A stretch of 64,000 nucleotides of DNA, taken from the NCBI GenBank assembly GCA_051362555.1, contig CM120645.1, positions 12,710,001 to 12,774,000 on the forward strand, read 5' to 3'. This stretch comes from Lingula anatina (lineage: Eukaryota; Animalia; Brachiopoda). The notes under the pieces are model-generated. The model was not told the DNA's origin. It did no database searches and saw only the letters and a list, made by a program, of their open reading frames with translations. Made by a program: the position numbers and the translations under genes. Below, piece after piece: positions 60,761 to 64,000 of this stretch (its first letter is position 1; each line of letters opens with the position of its first letter).

Positions 60761-63700
60761 AAATCCTTACTATGTCTACTGCATAAGTGAACATCGCCAC
60801 TGAAATGAATACGTTTATCTATGGGTTAACTATTGGTATAATCATTGCAATAAGTAAAACATACAACGTTTCGTTTAAAAGATGTTATATGTTGCAACAG
60901 TGCAATGATATGGCTGTGTATAAGCAGAATGATCGATGCAATTGCTGCGGGAAATAAAACGATAATGTTGAAACGATAACTGGTAAAACAATAAATAATT
61001 ATAATATACTCTCAAAATGAACATAATGTAAATATTGAAAATTCCGGTTTCACGTAGCGATTGTTCGTTGGCTGTAGAGAGTCGATCGTCAAAACATTGA
61101 CTGTATAGCTGAAGTTAAGTAAATTTGTGACCAGAAAACATAAGCTAAAGAAGGTCTCGTGAAACTGACCCCTTGAACCTCCAATAGCCCGACTGGTACG
61201 GTTAAATGTTCAAGTATGGCCAGTCCACGTGTTTTTAGCAGGGGTCACTTGTAAAATGACCACTATATTTTTGGGATGAATTTAGGGTAGGTTCCCTCCA
61301 AACGATTCAATGAAATTAAGGAAAGTATGCACAGCGTGTAAATGGACAGGAAATCTCCGTTTTGCCTGACTCGGCTAATTTTTGCTACCCATCCCCTTCA
61401 TGGTGAGCGTGTGAAGATTTCATCCTTTCTCAAGTGCATTCCTTTGAAATCAAAATTAGTACATATCTGTGAACATGAGAAGTAAAATATCAAATTGATG
61501 ATTTTTTGCACATTTTTAAAAACTTTTAAAAGTTTTATTAAAATACTTGGATCCCTTAAATCACAAGGAATCACCACCCTCCGAAGAGAAACCCCAAGTC
61601 TAATTTCATTTGAGCTTATTATTAAGGTTACTAGAACTTGAAGATATTTATAAAGGCGTATGTACAAAAATAGTTAATCCCTTTCCACATTAAGAATTCA
61701 AAGATACTTGTGGCCAAGTGAGGACCATGTGTCCAGAGCCTGGGGGTGGGCGCCGGTCACTTGTGGTCAAGAAGGAGACATTAATAACATGCCCAAAAGC
61801 TGTTTTGTAATAACCTAATGCCCAAACAAATATATTTGTGTCTTTAACAGTTCAAGAGCTGTAACGGGTCGTCATTTTATTCAAAATGATATTTTCGGGA
61901 CAAGATGTGCAAGATGTAAATTGATTGCATCAGTCCCCTTCAATCATATCCTTTAGGTTATTTTCGGGAGAGAGGTATGTTCCGGAAAAAAATCTAACAA
62001 CGATTTTCTTGATGGGTTCAAGTTCAATCGGAAAGGTGAAACAGGTCTTGCCAAGAAAGAATAAAATGAATATTGCAAAAGTTTTAAAGAACAAACATTT
62101 ATTTTAAAAAGTAGCTAATGAATTTTCGTTTGTAGAGAAAATATATTTGAATAATCAAATTACTGATACGTTTTATGACAGTGACATTGGTGCAAAACTG
62201 AGATTTTAAAATGTGAGTAGTTCTTTTTAAAAACATCGCCTCACGAGAAATGTCGCAGGCTACAGAGCTCGTTTCGTAAAACGTTTTTCTTGTTAATGGC
62301 GTTTAACCGAACCTTTTTTCTTTTGTTATCATTCTGATTAAGCATCCTTTAAAATCGGTGCGGCAGCATTCTTTAAATGCTCACACGTCAGTTCCTTCAT
62401 CCGGATTATCTAATTTTTCCGTACTTTTTAAAACCTTTATTTTTCATGTTTGCATTGCGTTTTAATCGTAAAAAAAATGATAAAACCTTTGTTTTGCAGG
62501 ATGTTTGTATGGTCTGCGGTAAAACGGTCACAGAAATAGTATTCAAACGATTTTAATTCCTTATCTATCGCTGCGACAAAAATAAGGAATTGTGGTTTAA
62601 AAAGCAACTTAAAATAGTTTTGATAAAGAACAGTGTAAACCTAATTTGTATCAACAGACGTAAACCTAGGTTTTGAAGAAACCATACTTTACCTAAAACA
62701 TCTTATCAAAAATACAAAAAAAGATAAAATATACAATCAAAACGATAATAAAAACAATCTATACTTATTCACTCGTTAACGATAAGGATTTTTGACAACT
62801 TGATTGGAGGTTAATTGAGTGATATTTGAACGAGTTGGGAATGCCACCCAACAAGTCATATATAGGGGGTATCAGTAATGAACGGGCAGACGATACCGGG
62901 GTACGCCATTGTTACCAGTCAGGCGGCAGTATAGGATGGAACAGCGGGACCGCTTTGTTGAAATGTCTTCATTGAAAAAGTGATCATGAGAAGATGTGTG
63001 AGAAACGTTTCTTCAGACACCATTGGCTTTTCTCAGAGCGTCACCGCTGCGAGCAGCCAAATATTGTACACCGTCAAAATTTCAAGGCTGAGAGTAACGT
63101 CTGCGGACTAATGATCTCCAAACGAGACCTCCGCCCCTCTTTCCCCGCCAGCGCGTTCCAATAGAAGCAGACGCTACAAAGCGGGATTCTTTGAAGAAGA
63201 TCTTTTCTTCTCGTCAAAGTCAAGTTAACAACACGTGGAATTAAAGACTTTTTTATGACTCTTTTCGCTGTTTATTGGCTTTTTGACGATTGATTTCGTG
63301 GGGGAGACCATTCTTTCTCTCGGTTTTTTTTCTTATTACTATTTGGTTTTTTTCTTCCAGCTCAAATAAAGATCATCTAAACTGAGGTCAACCGTTTGTT
63401 GACAGAAGTGCTTGTGAGTCCCACAGGTGAAGGTAAAACTTTAATAAACCACCGAGGGTGGCTTGCGATCTTCACAAGAGAGCTACGAGAAATATGACAA
63501 GCATTTTCAGGCAAAGAATTCGTCACATTGACGGGAAACCTCACACATTCATGAGAGCTTTTTGATGGGAGGTATTATTGCCTAAATCCGAACAAGCAAC
63601 ATGTTAAAGTTAACCTTTGTCATTGAGTCTGTAGCGACTTCTTCAGACCCGATAATCCAGCAAATGAAATAAAGTTAAGACTCGGGCGGGATTAACTTTT

Positions 63701-63860
63701 AAGACGTCCCCAACAGAGAAAGTTGTAAGACGCTAATCCTTGAATTGAATACCTGGACAGAGATCTCCAGTGAACAATTCAGAACAACTAACCGGTTGAT
63801 AAATAAATCTTCATCCCTCTTCATCATTAGCAATGACGTTCAGACAGAAAGTAACGGCTA

Positions 63861-63892
63861 AGAGAGAGAGAGGGAGAGAGAGAGAGAGAGAG
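63861..63892. repeat. (GA)n microsatellite
   Basis: Read directly from sequence. Confidence 0.9.
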
Positions 63893-64000
63893 TATGACCA
63901 ACCAACCGAATGGGTGGTGACAAAACAACGGCATTTATTTTAAGCAGGGTTTTTTCAAATCAATTTTCTTTATCTAATATCATTCCAACACTGTAGTGAA

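Noticed and set aside
1-64000. tRNA, rRNA, autonomous transposase or reverse transcriptase genes
   Set aside because: No cloverleaf, rRNA-like sequence or RT/transposase motifs seen in the sequence or ORF track; a covariance-model scan would be needed to exclude diverged RNAs.

Overview
AT-rich, intron-rich animal genomic DNA (invertebrate; the repeat types suggest a lophotrochozoan such as a mollusc, which is inference). Two genes sit head-to-head on a short shared CpG-rich promoter (~17.2-17.6 kb). On the minus strand are the first four coding exons of CADPS/CAPS/unc-31 (17212 to 4495), continuing beyond the left edge. On the plus strand is a complete KMT2E/MLL5-SETD5 (UpSET/Set3-type) gene: a probable non-coding first exon, then 26 coding exons I could join in frame (22289-46310, ~1885 aa; PHD finger, catalytically dead SET domain, long disordered C-terminus) and a ~1.9 kb 3'UTR. 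The region from 48.3 to 64 kb has no convincing gene. Repeats include a 43-bp minisatellite, a Helentron-type non-autonomous element, several MITEs and microsatellites. I found no evidence of a wholly new biological system. The most interesting signals are regulatory: a double-YY1 bidirectional promoter, a chain of ATGA stop/start-coupled uORFs ending on the KMT2E start codon, a Pumilio-element cluster in the 3'UTR, and a possibly ancient CADPS-KMT2E/SETD5 linkage.
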